A stretch of 64,000 nucleotides of DNA from Octopus sinensis (GCF_006345805.1 NC_043024.1:2914001-2978000), one strand, 5' to 3'; shown: positions 27,637 to 40,731, numbered from the stretch's first letter. Program-made: numbers and translations. Notes: generated by a model from the sequence alone, not told the origin.

Positions 27637-30600
27637 AAAAGTTGTTTTTAAGTTACAATGGCTTAAAGTTCGATTATGTTTACTCATTCACAAAACAGGG
27701 TTTGGAAGCTATCATTTTGAGCATGGCAACACATGTTGTCAGATATTTGTGAATCTGTATTCTTCACACGGTACTTTTACTTTTGTTTCAGTCATTCGAC
27801 TGCGGCCATGCTGGAGCACCGCTTGTAGTCGAACAAATCTACAACTCTCTCTCTTCTCTTTCCCCTCCTTAATTCTTTTGTTCCTCTTTTTCTCTCCCCA
27901 CGTGACCAATAGGCCAGACTGCTAGCCCTCTTTTTGCGTCTGACCACGGTCAGTGCAACATCGATATTCTTCCGTGTGTTTGTGAAAGCTCTGTATCTCT
28001 GCCGTAAGGCTTCATTTCCGCACACACCAGCTGAATTCAATTCGTCCCCAGTCGAAAGACACCTGTTGTTATGTCCTGCTATTATTATTAATATTTTTAT
28101 TGTATTTATATTTGTGTAACATCGTCTGTTTTTCCGTATACATTCCATGCTTTCTTCCAAGGAATCTGATGCTCTTAGCTTACTTTTTCCTTGGGGCTGG
28201 CCAGATTGGAGCAATCTCAAGATTAATCAGCCGAAATTGCGAGGATGATCTGGTTCTTTACAGGGGACAGAAAGCTTCGAATGACCCGTCCTTTCTTTTT
28301 CATAAAGGACCCGTTTGTACTTTGGTGTGAAATAATTTTTTCCACACGTTTTTTTGAGTGCATTCAACGATGCTCAGTCCGAACCCACCACCCGCCAGAT
28401 TCTTCCGGAAAAGAAAGGGGGAGGGGTGGTGGGGGACCTTGGAGTTTCCCCACCAACAGAGTTTTTTTTTTTTTTTTCTGGGTTACTTTACATGCTTTCA
28501 ATGTATGTGACATTGAAATTATACGTAAACGGCTCCTTTCCTTAGAAAAGGAAAGATTCAGCCACTATTTCTTGCATGCCCTGCTACCAGGTAACAGCTA
28601 TTTTGAGTCCTGTATCGTAAATAGCTGTTGTATGGTAACAGGGCATGCTAGAAATAGCAACCAAATCTTTGGAGATGAGATATATTGAATGCACTTGAAT
28701 AAAACCTATGGAAACAATTTATTTCACAGTGAGGTTATGAACAGGTCTTTTACGAAATATTTACGGTATTTCTAAAGCCATCTTCACTTTAAAATATTTT
28801 TTAAATATGCCAAAACAATTTTCGTAATGGTATTCAATTGAAAATAATAAAAAAATAAATAAAATTGTCTGTTTAAAGAAAGCTAAAATATAAATACAAA
28901 AAAGCAAAAATAGAAACATTTCCTGTAAAAACAACTTTTTTTGTTGGCAAGTTAGTCATAATGTGTCTAACCGAAAGGCTAGAAATTCTTCCTTTTCAAC
29001 GTTAAGTTATTTTTGGTGTATTTTCCCAATATGCACTGTTCTGGGTATTTATACCCACCAAAACTCCTAATATCTCAAGAACCAGTTGTCCAATTCATGC
29101 GAAACTTGTTTTATTCCGTTTGTATTCACATTTCAAGAAAGTCTTAATTCTTAGTATTTTCCCCATTATGTGCCATTTTGGCTATGTAACATTGGAAGCA
29201 AGATTGAAGTTCATTTTTAATGTAATATATGTGTGTGTGTGTGTGTATAGGTCTGCCTACTTACAACTGCAATACAAGTATTTAGTTGTGAATAAACCAT
29301 TATACTTGGCACTTGTTGGCCTGGAGAAAGTCTTTGAGAGAATTCCTCAGTTGGCCACACACCAAGGTTCAACAGAACCTACTGAAGTAAGCCAACGTGC
29401 TTCTGGCATTATCACAGGCAAGAGCAAGATGTCGACATTAAAGTTCGTACTGTTTTCAAATTTTGGCACAAGGCCAGCAATACCACGGGTGTGTGTGTGT
29501 GTTAAGTTGAATATGTCGATTCCAGTGCTCAACCGTTGCTTATTTCCACCAACCCCCAAAAGGACGAAAGACAAAGTCCACCTTGGCAGAATTTAAATGC
29601 AAATGTCATGTCAGAAGAACCACAGCTAAGCATTTTCCCCAATGTGCTAACGACCCTGCCAGTTCGCCACTTTAGTTTATTATTAATTACTAGTGGGACC
29701 CATGTAAATTCTACAGAATGAAAAAAATTAAGAGGACCTATTTAAGAAAGAGAGGATGATTTGCATTTTTATAGCATTCATAGTTTTAGCTTTCTTTGAA
29801 TATACTTGGCATCTGTCTACATCCAATTCCTCACAACACCATCGGTGCCATCTTTTTCCTCTCTTTTATTATATCTTCTTAGTGTTCCATGCTCTAGATC
29901 TGTGCATCTTTTCTCAGGCAGCTTGCAACCGTGTCTCTAGTGAATCCATAGTTTAGGCTAAATTAATCCTTAGAAACAAATATCAATCTCTTAAGTGAGA
30001 AGGCGATAAATTGCACAGAAGTGCAAGTGTTGAGTGATGGTCTCTATAAAAAAAAAAATTCCTTTACCCTATCAACACACCACCACCACCATCATCTCTC
30101 TCTCTCTGCCTTTCTTTAATATCAACATCAGAACATCACCCCTCTGCTAAGATTATATTTCTAACTCTTCCCTATATCACGACCTTCAGCTAGCTTTTTT
30201 AACCATAAAATAACTATTACACTCCCCCCATCACGTCATGCTTGCTTCTTTCTTAGTCTTTTTGTTTCTCCTTTTTTTTTCTTTCTCTATTTGTCTCACT
30301 CTTTGTCTTATCATCTTTTCTCTCTGTACCCCCTTTTCTCTAATAACATGAAAGTGTTACTGACGAGCTAAGTAACAGAATGAGAAGCAGAATTATTATA
30401 AGATCACCTTACTCTATTTCTCCCTCCCTTTTCTCCACTTCTGTCCCCACCCCTCATTTATTCCACTAATCTAATGAAAGCATAACAGCTGTACAAACAA
30501 GCTGGTTATTATATATGTACATAAATATCATTTTTGTCTGAGGTTTGGATAATATTTTTTGCAGAGTAATTACATATCACATAAGAAGACTGGAAAACAG

Positions 30601-30751
30601 TTTGATAGTATTTATTCAGCATTACATGTGTTTCATTACCTAATAGGAATTACAAACTTTTAGACAAAGAGAAAACATGTAAAATATCTCCTATAAGAAA
30701 TTCTTCATACATACATATATACACGTGTGTGAGTGTGTGTGTGTATGCGCA

Positions 30752-31003
30752 AGTGAGTGTATCCTTGTCCAGACATTATGTGATGTCCGTAAATGGCCAT
30801 CATGACCGTCATACTTGTGCAGTTGTTCATTTCCAGTCCTCTGCGTAAATTATGTCTCACCAGGGAAAATATTTCCTTGCTTGGAAACAGGTGAGGATTG
30901 GTGACAAGAAAGGGTACCCAGCTCAGGAAAATCTCCATCAATGAATTCCATCTGATCCATTGAAGCATGGAAAAGCGAATTTTAAATGATGAGGATTATC
31001 ATC
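30752..31003 (+). mobile_element. RTE-tail-type SINE/3' UTR repeat (family S4); paralogous copies at about 58990-59180 and 59768-60020
   Basis: cttgcttggaaacaggtgaggattggtgac...gatccattgaagcatggaaaa...ttttaaatgatga. Lies in the shared 3' region of genes E and F. Confidence 0.6.
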
Positions 31004-31333
31004 TTTGTAGTGATATGGTTCCTCTTCTGTATGAATGCAGTTATGTTTTAATAATTGATCATTTTCATAGATTGACTTAGCACAAATGTCTTAGGGTATG
31101 GTTTTATCTTTCATATTAATAGGACTGTGTATAATTCTCCATTTTCATAGAATGATTAAGCACTGCTATCACAGTGATATGTTCTCCTTCCTCTGTCAAT
31201 GCTCTTTTGATTCGTTAATGGATCATTTCAAATGAAAGGCTTACCATTGATATAGTTTCTTTCTTGTGTAGAGGGTTTTATGAGATACAAACTTGTCCTT
31301 CTGAAGTAATGTTATACAACCAATGTCACTGTG

Positions 31334-32698
31334 TTATGGATCAACTTCATAGTGAATACTCTTGTGTTTAATTGAGTGATGTTTTTGTGAGAATGATTTA
31401 CCACAGATGTCACAGCGATATGGTTCCTCACCTGTGTGAATACGTTTATGTGCAGTCAAGGTACTGCTAACAGAGAATGATTTACCACAGATATCACAGG
31501 AATATGGTTTGTCTCCTGTATGAATACGCTTGTGTTTAGTTAAGCTGCTGCTTTCAGAGAAAGATTTGCCACAGATATCACAGTGGTATGGTTTCTCCCC
31601 TGTATGAATACGCTTGTGTTTGGTTAAGCCACCGCTTTCAGAGAATGATTTACCACAGATATCACAGGGATATGGTTTGTTTCCTGTATGAATACGTTTG
31701 TGTTTAATTAAGGTACTGCCACCAGAGAATGATTTACCACAAATATCACAGTGATATGGCTTGTCTCCTGTATGAATACGTTTGTGTGCAGTTAAGTTAC
31801 AGCGAACAGAGAATGATTTACCACAGATATCACAGGGATATGGTTTCTCTCCTGTATGAATGTATTTGTGAGCAGTTAAGTGGTGATTTTGAGAGAATGA
31901 TTTACCACAGATATCACAGGGATATGGTTTCTCTCCTGTATGAATGTATTTGTGAGCAGTTAAGTGGTGATTCTGAGAGAATGATTTACCACAGATATCA
32001 CAGGGATATGGTTTCTCTCCTGTATGAATGTATTTGTGAGCAGTTAAGTGGTGATTCTGAGAGAATGATTTATCACAGATATCACAATGATATGGTTTCT
32101 CTGCTGTATGAATAAGTTTATGAGTGGTTAGGTTGCTATTTCCAGAGAATGATTTACCACAGATATCACAGGGATATGGCTTGTCTCCTGTATGAATACG
32201 TTTGTGTTTAATTAAGGTACTGCCACCAGAGAATGATTTACCACAGATATCACAGTGATATGGTTTGCCCCCTATATGAATATGCTTGTGATTATCTAAG
32301 CTATGAGCATGAGAGAATGATTTACCACAGGAATATGGTTTCTCACCTGTATGAATACGTTTGTGTTTAGTTAAGCTACTACTTTCAGAGAATGATTTAC
32401 CACAGATATCACAGGGATATGGTTTCTCACCTGTATGAATACGCTTGTGTTTGGTTAAGCTACTGCGAACAGAGAATGATTTACCACAGATATCACAGGG
32501 ATATGGTTTCTCCCCTGTATGAATACGCTTGTGTTTGGTTAAGCTACTGCGAACAGAGAATGATTTACCACAGATATCACAGTGATATGGTGCTTCCCCT
32601 TTATGAATTTGTTTGTGTTGATTGAATTTACTTTCTTCTAAGAATGACTCTTTGCAGATGTCACAGTCATATGATGATTTTCCTAATTCTTCAGACAT
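31334..32698 (-). CDS. C2H2 zinc-finger protein (gene E), 16 finger units (15 intact, one lacking a Cys), 454 aa
   Basis: Open ORF with three identical QNHHLTAH fingers. The ATG lies 2 nt after a ttgaAG acceptor. Leader acceptor at 33099-33098, exon 1 donor at 34796. Confidence 0.9.
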   Translation of the reverse strand: MSEELGKSSYDCDICKESFLEESKFNQHKQIHKGEAPYHCDICGKSFSVRSSLTKHKRIHTGEKPYPCDICGKSFSVRSSLTKHKRIHTGEKPYPCDICGKSFSESSSLTKHKRIHTGEKPYSCGKSFSHAHSLDNHKHIHIGGKPYHCDICGKSFSGGSTLIKHKRIHTGDKPYPCDICGKSFSGNSNLTTHKLIHTAEKPYHCDICDKSFSQNHHLTAHKYIHTGEKPYPCDICGKSFSQNHHLTAHKYIHTGEKPYPCDICGKSFSQNHHLTAHKYIHTGEKPYPCDICGKSFSVRCNLTAHKRIHTGDKPYHCDICGKSFSGGSTLIKHKRIHTGNKPYPCDICGKSFSESGGLTKHKRIHTGEKPYHCDICGKSFSESSSLTKHKRIHTGDKPYSCDICGKSFSVSSTLTAHKRIHTGEEPYRCDICGKSFSQKHHSIKHKSIHYEVDP

Positions 32699-33844
32699 CT
32701 CTTCAAGAAAAATAAAATCGATCCTTCAAGTTCTACAGATCAACAACTTTTCAAAAATTTATGGATATTTTGCTTTTATAGTTTATTCCAAACAAATATC
32801 ACTTCTCTTATATTTCTTCTAAATGTGATCAATGCCAATATTTAAAAATGTTGCAAATACTCTTTGGAAATCCATCAAAGTATATTTAAAAGAGAAAATT
32901 ATCTCTTGCACATTTCAGACACAGAAGTAAAGAAATGTTTTCTCTCTCAGAGGAAATATTTTACTGTAATTCAGCAATGTTTTATAGAAGCAGGATTATA
33001 TGTTTGTAGAATATCTTTGCAGAGTCTTTCAAACATGATACATATTGATGATTCTTTAAAAGTAAAAAATACTTTTTAGCCAATTTCATGTGATTTTCTG
33101 AAAGAATAGAAAAAATAATATAAGACATCAAGTATGTTTAAAAGGCAGCTATTCAAAAGTGCAAATTTACGACATTTCTGTTTTCATAAATTGTAGAAGT
33201 AATTCTTTATCTGAACTATTAAATTTATCCCATCTCTCTATTTTCAAGAGGTTTATATCACAGACACATCCATCGTAATAACACCTCCTGGACATTGCGT
33301 CTGTCCTAGACACACACACTCACACCAATATACATGTCAATGACAGTAGATATCTGATGTTTTCCCCTCAGTGTTCTATTGTATCAACACAGGTTTGTTT
33401 TATAAAATAGACATCACTCCTCCTCTGCCTCTTTCTGTATGTGCATAAATATACAAATATATATATGTGGTTAGCTTAATGTTAACCTTTTGTTGAGCAT
33501 AAAAGATGCATAAAAGTCAGTAAATAATATTGATGTCTGACTTGCAGCATCAAAATCTTTTGTGGGGAATTTTTGATGTTAAGAAAAATTGTTGGTTGAT
33601 GAAATTGGTGACAATCCTTCTCCATGGGGCAAATGGAAGAGGCTTCAATGAAGTCTATCCTTATTTTACGGAAAAACTATAATTTCTTTTCATTGTTATG
33701 CACAGAGTTTTAAAACTTAGCCATTCTTGTTTCTTTCTTTTAATTATAAATTCTTACACATTATAATTAATGTTTCTCTTCCTTGTTGCTTCAAAACGAA
33801 ATATTGTTTATCTGGATGAGTGAAAAATACATTCATATTAAATA

Positions 33845-34276
33845 TATACGCATTACGAAGAAAGAAAAGGATAACTTGCATAATTAACTGAAAATAACAT
33901 TAAAAAAAGGGTGCAATTCTGCTTTAAACATTATATAGCTCCTTATAATTTTTTCCCCATTTTCCTGTGGAATTTTCGGAAAATTTTTTCCAAATTTGTG
34001 ACCTACATTATGAAAAAAATTGTTTTTTTCAATTTTTCCCATTTTTTAAAAAATTGCCACTGTAGAACCTTTTTAAAAAATGGGAAAAATTGAAAAAAAC
34101 AATTTTTTTCATAATGTAGATCACAAATTTGGAAAAATTTTCCGAAAATTCCACAGAAAAATGCGTAAAAAATTTTAAGGAACTATATAATGTTTAAAGC
34201 AGAATTGCACACTTTTATTAATGTTGTTTTCAATTAATTATGCAAGTTATCCTTTTCTTTCTTCGTAATGCGTATA
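33845..34276. repeat. About 430-bp near-perfect palindrome in intron 1 of gene E
   Basis: Arms of about 205 bp around the 16-nt spacer ttgccactgtagaacc (34054-34069). Confidence 0.9.
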
Positions 34277-35129
34277 ATGCGAATACGTATTTGCAAAGAT
34301 TTTCTGAAAATTCCGGAAAAAACAAAACAAACCCCAGATATTAATTGTAAGTTGTAATGATGCAGAAGAACCGCCAGAAATAAAGACTTCCTATGTCTCA
34401 AATAAAAGCCATTTCCTCTCGATACGATATTTGCTTTTCGTTTCAGTATTTCAAGTGCACACTCGTATTTTTATACATTCCCCATTTCTTACTAATTACA
34501 TCGTAATTTTCCCGCATTTAACGAAATCGTCGAATTTACACGTTAGAAAGAAAGATAAATGTTATCCAAACAAGGGATTGATCCGACGTTTTTACAAATA
34601 ATTTAGAAAATAACCAAAAGTGCAATGAAATGTCTAAAAGAAAACGACAACACAATGAAAGTATTAAAATTACAGCCTTTCGTATAATTTCGTCTTAGTG
34701 AGATTTGTTTTCCTTTTAACTTTCTCAACACATCGAAACAAATAAATGTACATAATACGACACATATATAATAGAAATGTTTAAATAAATACTTACATAG
34801 TAATAGATATGGAGAGAAAGAGTGAAGGAGGGAGACGTGAGAACTGGAGTCAGAGTGGACAACGACAGCTTCAAGAGAATTTCTAGATTTCTACAACAAA
34901 CGTTAATTAATATTTTTCAGGTCCACATAATCGTAAATGCTGTATCTGTTTGTTTAGACAGTTAATTACCAATCATTTGTATATATTTGATTGGGTTTTC
35001 CTCTTAAATATCAGTCGTAAAGTGGAACTGATCAAACAATCAAGGTGCGTGAGAAACAAGAACAAGAAATACACTTAATTAGGAAGGGGAACTAACTCCA
35101 GTCATAAACGACAAAACACCATTACTCAC

Positions 35130-35620
35130 TCACTCTATCCACCTCCCTCTCTACCTTTTTTTCTCTCTAGCTCCCACTCCTTCTCAACCTCTCTCTCTAG
35201 CTTTCACTCCTCTTTCTCCAGCTTCCACTCCACGTTTCTCTCTCTCTCTAGCTCTCACTCCCCCTTTCTCTCTATCTAGCTCCCACTCCACCTCTCTCTC
35301 TAGCTTTCTTTTCCCCTCTTTCTCTACCTCCTTCTCCTCCTCTCTCACTAGCTTCCACTCCACCTCTCTCTCTAGTTCCCACTCCACCTCTCTCGCTCTA
35401 GCTCCCACTCCACCTCTCTCTCTAGCTCCCTATCCTTTTCTCTCTGTAGCTCCCACTCCTTCTCTCTCTCTCCAGCTCCCACTCCATCTCTCTCTCTAGT
35501 TCCCACTCCCCCTCTCCCTCTCTCTAGTTCCCACTCTGCCTCTCTCTCTAGCTCCCTATCCTTTTCTCTCTCTAGCTCCCACCCCTTCTCTCTCTCTAGC
35601 TCCCACTCCTCCTCTCCCTC
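35130..35620. repeat. CT-rich minisatellite, unit about 22-24 bp (tctctctagctcccactccacc)
   Basis: About 20 degenerate tandem copies, purine/pyrimidine-skewed. Confidence 0.85.
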
Positions 35621-35801
35621 AGCAGACGACATCGAAGCTTCCTTCTGAACGGCTGAAAATTTCTTTCGCTCCAAATAAATAAAAATGATTTCTTTTGCAG
35701 CTTAGACATCCAGAAATCAATGTATTCCAGTCATTTCTGCAGGAATGTAAAACATTGTTTTCATAAACTTTAAAACTTCTTTCACAATAATAATAATAAT
35801 A

Positions 35802-36165
35802 GGCGCAGGAGTGGCTGTGTCGTAAGTAGCTTGCTTACCAACTACATGGTTCCGGGTTCAGTCCCACTGCGTGGCACCTTGGGCCGACAAATGCCTTGTG
35901 AGTGGATTTGGTAGACGGACACTGAAAGAAACCTGTCGTATATATGTATTTGTGTGTGTGTGTGTGTGTGTGTTTGTCCCTCTAGCATTGCTTGACAACC
36001 GATGCTGGTGTGTTTACGTCCCCGTCACTTAGCGGTTCGGCAAAAGAGAACGATAGAATAAGTACTGAGCTTACAAAGAATAAGTCCCGGGGTCGATATA
36101 CTCGACTAAAAGGCGGTGCTCCAGCATGGCCGCAGTCAAATGACTGAAACAAGTAAAAGAGTAAA
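35802..36165 (+). mobile_element. SINE S1
   Basis: Full head ggcgcaggagtggctgtg through the gtaaaagagtaaa tail. Confidence 0.8.
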
Positions 36166-36216
36166 GGTTTATTTTTTTCTCCAGACATCGTTACCACCAA
36201 CTTTTATCAATTGACA

Positions 36217-36545
36217 TCTTGCAAGAAATTTTCTCCACAAATTTCTTAATAATTGTTATGTATGCCATTTGAAAGGTGTCTGTATAAACTTTTATCGAAA
36301 AAAAACTTAATTTTCCCAAAAGTTACGAGAGAAAAGCTCGGATCTTGTGAATTTTCCGAGGTCGTCTGTCCGCCCTCTTGCAAGAAATTTTCTCCACAAA
36401 TTTCTTAATAATTGTTATGTATGCCATTTGAAAGGTGTCTGTATAAACTTTTATTGAAAAAAAACTTCATTTTCCCAAAAGTTACGAAAGAAAAGCTCGG
36501 ATCTTGTGAATTTTCCGAGGTCCTCTGGTCGCCCTCTTGCAAGAG
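36217..36545. repeat. Direct tandem duplication of about 160 bp
   Basis: tcttgcaagaaattttctccacaaatttc...ggatcttgtgaattttccgaggtc occurs twice, with a third tcttgcaaga start at about 36535. Confidence 0.8.
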
Positions 36546-37032
36546 ATATTCACCAGAAATTTCATTGCCATCGTCAAATATGAGGTTTGAAAGTTACTTC
36601 TATAAATAAATTCATTGAAAAATAAATTCGAAGGATTAACATTGCAAAAGGTCATATATTATTTCCGTAAACTCTAATTGAAATCAAGAAGCTACCACAA
36701 CCATTCCATCAGCAACAATCATCATCTTCTTCTTCACAATATTTGTATCCTTTAAAAAAGAAGCTGCTGTTGCTATTTTTCTGAATTTATTTTACATTGT
36801 TTACACCCAGATTGGAACTGTTACTGTGCCTTGCACCAGAAAACATTATAGATTATCTAAAGACAAAACATATCACCAATGATGATGATGAATTTTCAAA
36901 ATTCTAGTCGTTCTATTGACGGGTTTGTCAATAGAACGTGCGCTAAATGGAAGAAATAAAAAGTTCTTTCCATCAGGAAAGGTACATTTTCAGAAAACTT
37001 TAAGCTGCCATTATATGTAATTTTTCCTTTCC

Positions 37033-38143
37033 GGGTAGAGGTAGGGGTCCACCAAGGCTCATTCCTCAACCCCCTCCTATTTATCATAGTCCAGGCAATA
37101 ATGGAGGAATTCAAGACAGGATGCCCCTGGGAGCTCCTCTATGCTGATGACCTTGCTCTAATTGCTGTGTCACTATCAGAACTGGAGGAGAAGTTTCAGG
37201 TGTGGAAGCAAGGATTAGAATCGAAGGGCCTTAGAGTCAACCTAGCTAAAACCAAAGTCCTAATAAGTAGGAAGGTAGACAAATCACAAACGCCATCAGG
37301 TAGATGGCCCTGCTTGATCTGTAGAAAAGGCGTAGGTAGAAACTCTATAAGACGCACCAAGTGTAAGCTATGGACACATAAGAGGTGCAGCAATGTCAAA
37401 GGAAGGCTAACTAGGAAGATGGTTTTGTATGTGGCAGATGCTCAGGAGCAATAAACACTGAAAATGCTCTGAGACCAACTTCTGCCACATTCCAGGGAGA
37501 AAAACTAGAAATAGTTGATAGCTTCCGTTACCTAGGTGACCAAGTCAGTAGCGGGGGTGGGTGTGCTGAAAGTGTAACTGCTAGAGTAATAATAGCCTGG
37601 GCAAAGTTCAGAGAGCTCTTACCCCTGCTGGTGACAAAAGGCCTCTCGCTCAGAGTAAAAGGCAGACTGTATGATGCATGTGTACAAACAGCCATGCTAC
37701 ATGGTAGTGAAACATGGGCTGTGACTGCTGAGGATATGTGTAAGCTCGCAAGAGATGAAGCCAGAATGTTCTGATGGATGTGTAATGTCAATGTTCATAA
37801 TCGACAGAGTGTAAGTACCTTGAGAGAAAAGTTGGACCTAAGAAGCATCAGTTGTGGTGTGCAAGAGAGACGTTTGCGCTGGTATGGTCATGTGGCGAGA
37901 ATGGATGAAGATAGGTGTGTGAAAAAGTGCCACACCCTAGCGGTTGAGGGAACCTGTGGAAGAAGCAGACCCAGGTAAACCTGGGACGAGGTGGTGAAGC
38001 ACGACCTTCGAACTTTAGGTCTCACCAAGGAAATGACTAGAGACCGAGACCTTTGGAAGTATGCTGTGCATGAGAAGTCCCGGCAGGACAAGTGAGACCA
38101 GAACCCGTGGCCCCTACCTGGGATGTAGCCAGTCCACTTATGA
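37033..38143 (+). mobile_element. RTE LINE, 5'-truncated, from RT motif GVHQG to the start of the 3' UTR
   Basis: GVHQG...ELLYADDL...GLRVNLAKTKV...WPCLICRKGVGRNSI...WYGHVARMDED, with frameshifts and stops. Confidence 0.9.
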
Positions 38144-38179
38144 GGGAAACGCTCGGAAACTGTGAATTTATAAAAATCA

Positions 38180-38380
38180 TCTCACCCTTTTTCCAAAAGA
38201 CTGTCCCCATAAAATTCTAGGTAATCTGAATGTCACCTCTTCCCTAAGGCCCAGTCTCTTGAGATTAGTCTTCAACACTTCATCCCATGTCCTCCTGGGC
38301 CACACTGTTCCATGAGATCTATCCACTTTAAGCAGTTGGCACTTCTTTATGCAATTGTCTTCATTCATCTGCACCACATG
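38180..38380 (-). mobile_element. Old RTE C-terminal fragment
   Basis: MNEDNCIKKCQLLKVD...GTVWPRRTWDEVLK resembles the RTE ORF end. Confidence 0.55.
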
Positions 38381-38452
38381 ACCATATTAGTGAATAGTCT
38401 TCTCGACTTGCATGCCCCTATTCCACTTTGTCATACATACACACTAACATTA

Positions 38453-39322
38453 TCTCCTTATCTCCTCAAAGACATACAGCATCTCGAAAGAGTCCGGAAG
38501 CTGGCTACCCGCATGGTTCTTGGTCTCAAGCATTTGTCTTATGAAGAAAGGCTAAAGACGCTCGACCTTTATTCTCTAGAAAAACGACAACGCTGTGGTG
38601 ATCTCATTCTTGCTCACATCATAAGCGGAAAGTGTAACCTCTCGAAAGAGCTGTTCTTCACTCCTGCTCCAGAGCATCGGCTGCGGCGTCACTCCGAAAA
38701 GCTCTATCTGCGACAATTTCATCTCAATCGAAGGAGAGGGGCTATCTCCGTCCAGGTTGCAGATCCGTGGAATAAGCTGCCGGACGAGATAGTGAAGATG
38801 CCCACGACTGCTCGGTTCAAAGTCTCCCTTGACAACAAATGGCCTGAACTCTTTGCATGAACACCCTCCCTGTACATAACTCCATGTCCCCCTACATGGC
38901 CTTGCTTTTTGCTTTTTGAGCCAAAAAATTAACTAACTAACATGTAAGTATGTATGCATGCATGTATGTATTCTCTAGAAAAATGACGACGCTGTGGTGA
39001 TCTCATTCTTGCTCACAACATCATAAGCGGAAAGTGTAACCTCTCAAAAGATCTGTTCTTCACTCCTGCTCCAGAGCATCGGCTGCGGGGTCATTCCGAA
39101 AAGCTCTATATGCGACGATTTCATCTCAATCGAAGGAGAGGGGCTATCTCCGTCCAGGTTGCAGATCCGTGGAATAAGCTGCCGACGACCACTCGGTACA
39201 AAGTCTCCCTTGACCACAAATGGCCTGAACTCTTTGCATGAACACCCTCCCTGTACATAACTCCATGTCCCCCTACATGGCCTTGCTTTTTGCTTTTTGA
39301 GCCAAAAAATTAACTTAACATA
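38453..39322 (+). mobile_element. CR1/L2-like LINE 3' ends, two tandem copies (38453-38941 and 38970-39322) with (AACT)n tails
   Basis: SPYLLKDIQHLERVRKLATRMVLGLKHLSYEERLKTLDLYSLEKR...RGDLI-like...WNKLP is a typical CR1 ORF2 C-terminus. Confidence 0.85.
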
Positions 39323-39439
39323 ACATTGCACATACTGGCTTCGTTTCTCTCTAGTCTCCTCATATACTGCATTAAGGCCCATGTCTTGCTCCAATGGAGC
39401 AGTGCTGTGTGTATGCAAGCATCATACCCATCAGGCTTT

Positions 39440-39560
39440 CACTCTGACAGACTACTTCTCCACTCCAACCCATCCTTATTTTAGTGACTACACTTTCAGA
39501 ATGTCTTTTATTACTAAAACTATCTGCTACCTCCAGGGTATGGGAGAAAATAAAGTTTCC
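39440..39560 (-). mobile_element. Old RTE fragment
   Basis: LEVADSFSNKRHSESVVTKIRMGW resembles LEVVDSFCYLG...SESVTARIRIAW. Confidence 0.5.
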
Positions 39561-40157
39561 ATGTGACCGGACTGTTTGGCACCTGTGCATCTTCAACATA
39601 CAAGAATGGCCTTCTGTCAAATCCCAAAGCATCTCATGTCTTCATAGGTTGCACTGGGTGCTTACAGCATTCCTACATATTGGGTGGGGCCATTTACAGG
39701 AGGCAGGCAGAGTCCTCTCTTCGTTAGAACCTCCGTCTTTGCTATGCTGACTTTAAAATACCTGCACTTACTTTTCTAATTAAAATACCTACAATTTCAT
39801 TTTAATTCTCTCAGATACTACTGAGAGTGAAATTGTCAGTATACAGCAGTTGCCGAGGTCAATTTGTATTAAGTCCCTTTGTTATGACATGCAAGATATT
39901 GATGAAAAAGAGGGCACAGAGAACTGATCTCTACTGAATAACTACCACTATATTAGATTCCTTACTGTACTCACCGTACAGAAAGCATCCCTGTACAGCT
40001 TTTACAATTCACTCATCAATTCCTACCTTCCTCAAAGACCCCTATATCACAAAGTGAGCCACTCTATCAAAGACTTTCTCCAGACCAACAAGTGCCAAGT
40101 ATAATGGTTTATTCATAACTAAATACTTGTCTTGCAGTCGTAACTAGGAAGACCTAT

Positions 40158-40525
40158 TCATCATCAGCATCGTTTAACGTCCACTTTCCATGATAGCATG
40201 GGTTGGACAGTTCAACTGGGGTCTGGGAAGCCAGAAGGATGCCCTTCCCAACACCAACCACTCCATGAGTGTAGTGGGTGCTTTTTACGTGCCACCGACA
40301 CAGGTGCCAGATGAGGCTGGCGAACGGCCACGCTCGGATGGTGCTTTTTACGTGCCACTGGTACGGAGGCCAGGTGAGGCTGGCAACAGCCACAATCGGA
40401 TGCTGTTTGTTATGTGCCACCGGCATGGAGGCCAGTCGAGGCAGCGCTGGCTATTGCCACGTTTGGATGGTTCTCCTACGTGCCACCGGCATCACAACTA
40501 CAAATTCCATTGATGTTGATTGATT
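40158..40525 (-). mobile_element. RTE 3' UTR minisatellite fragment
   Basis: catcatcagcatcgtttaacgtcc tail and four gtgccaccg/ggcac units. Confidence 0.75.
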
Positions 40526-40651
40526 TCGATTTTTTCATATATATATACCGGAGTAAACACATAAATGTGAAACAAGGTGGAAAAAAGAGTACTCAAATAC
40601 CAGTGGTAGAGAAATATGCTTTATTTAAAGCAGCAGAAAATTCAACAAAAT

Positions 40652-40689
40652 CTGTTACTCTGAGTTTCTCGTTGCCGTTCATCAGACAG
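40652..40689 (-). ncRNA. Putative minimal type-I hammerhead ribozyme (Penelope-like-element type)
   Basis: Minus strand reads CUGU-CUGAUGA-ACGGCAACGA-GAA-ACUC-A-GAGU-A-ACAG. Both core boxes, a 4-bp stem I, a 4-bp stem III with 1-nt loop and a GUA cleavage triplet are present. Stem II is weak. Confidence 0.6.
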
Positions 40690-40731
40690 TTTTTGCTAGA
40701 AATTTTTGAATTTTCTGCTGCTTTAAATAAA

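Noticed and set aside
37280-37440. PHD-like Cys/His cluster (WPCLICRKG...CKLWTHKRC...C..C) inside the RT region as a novel domain fusion
   Set aside because: This motif is a recurring feature of RTE-type elements in many animals and is present in all RTE copies here, so it is not new.
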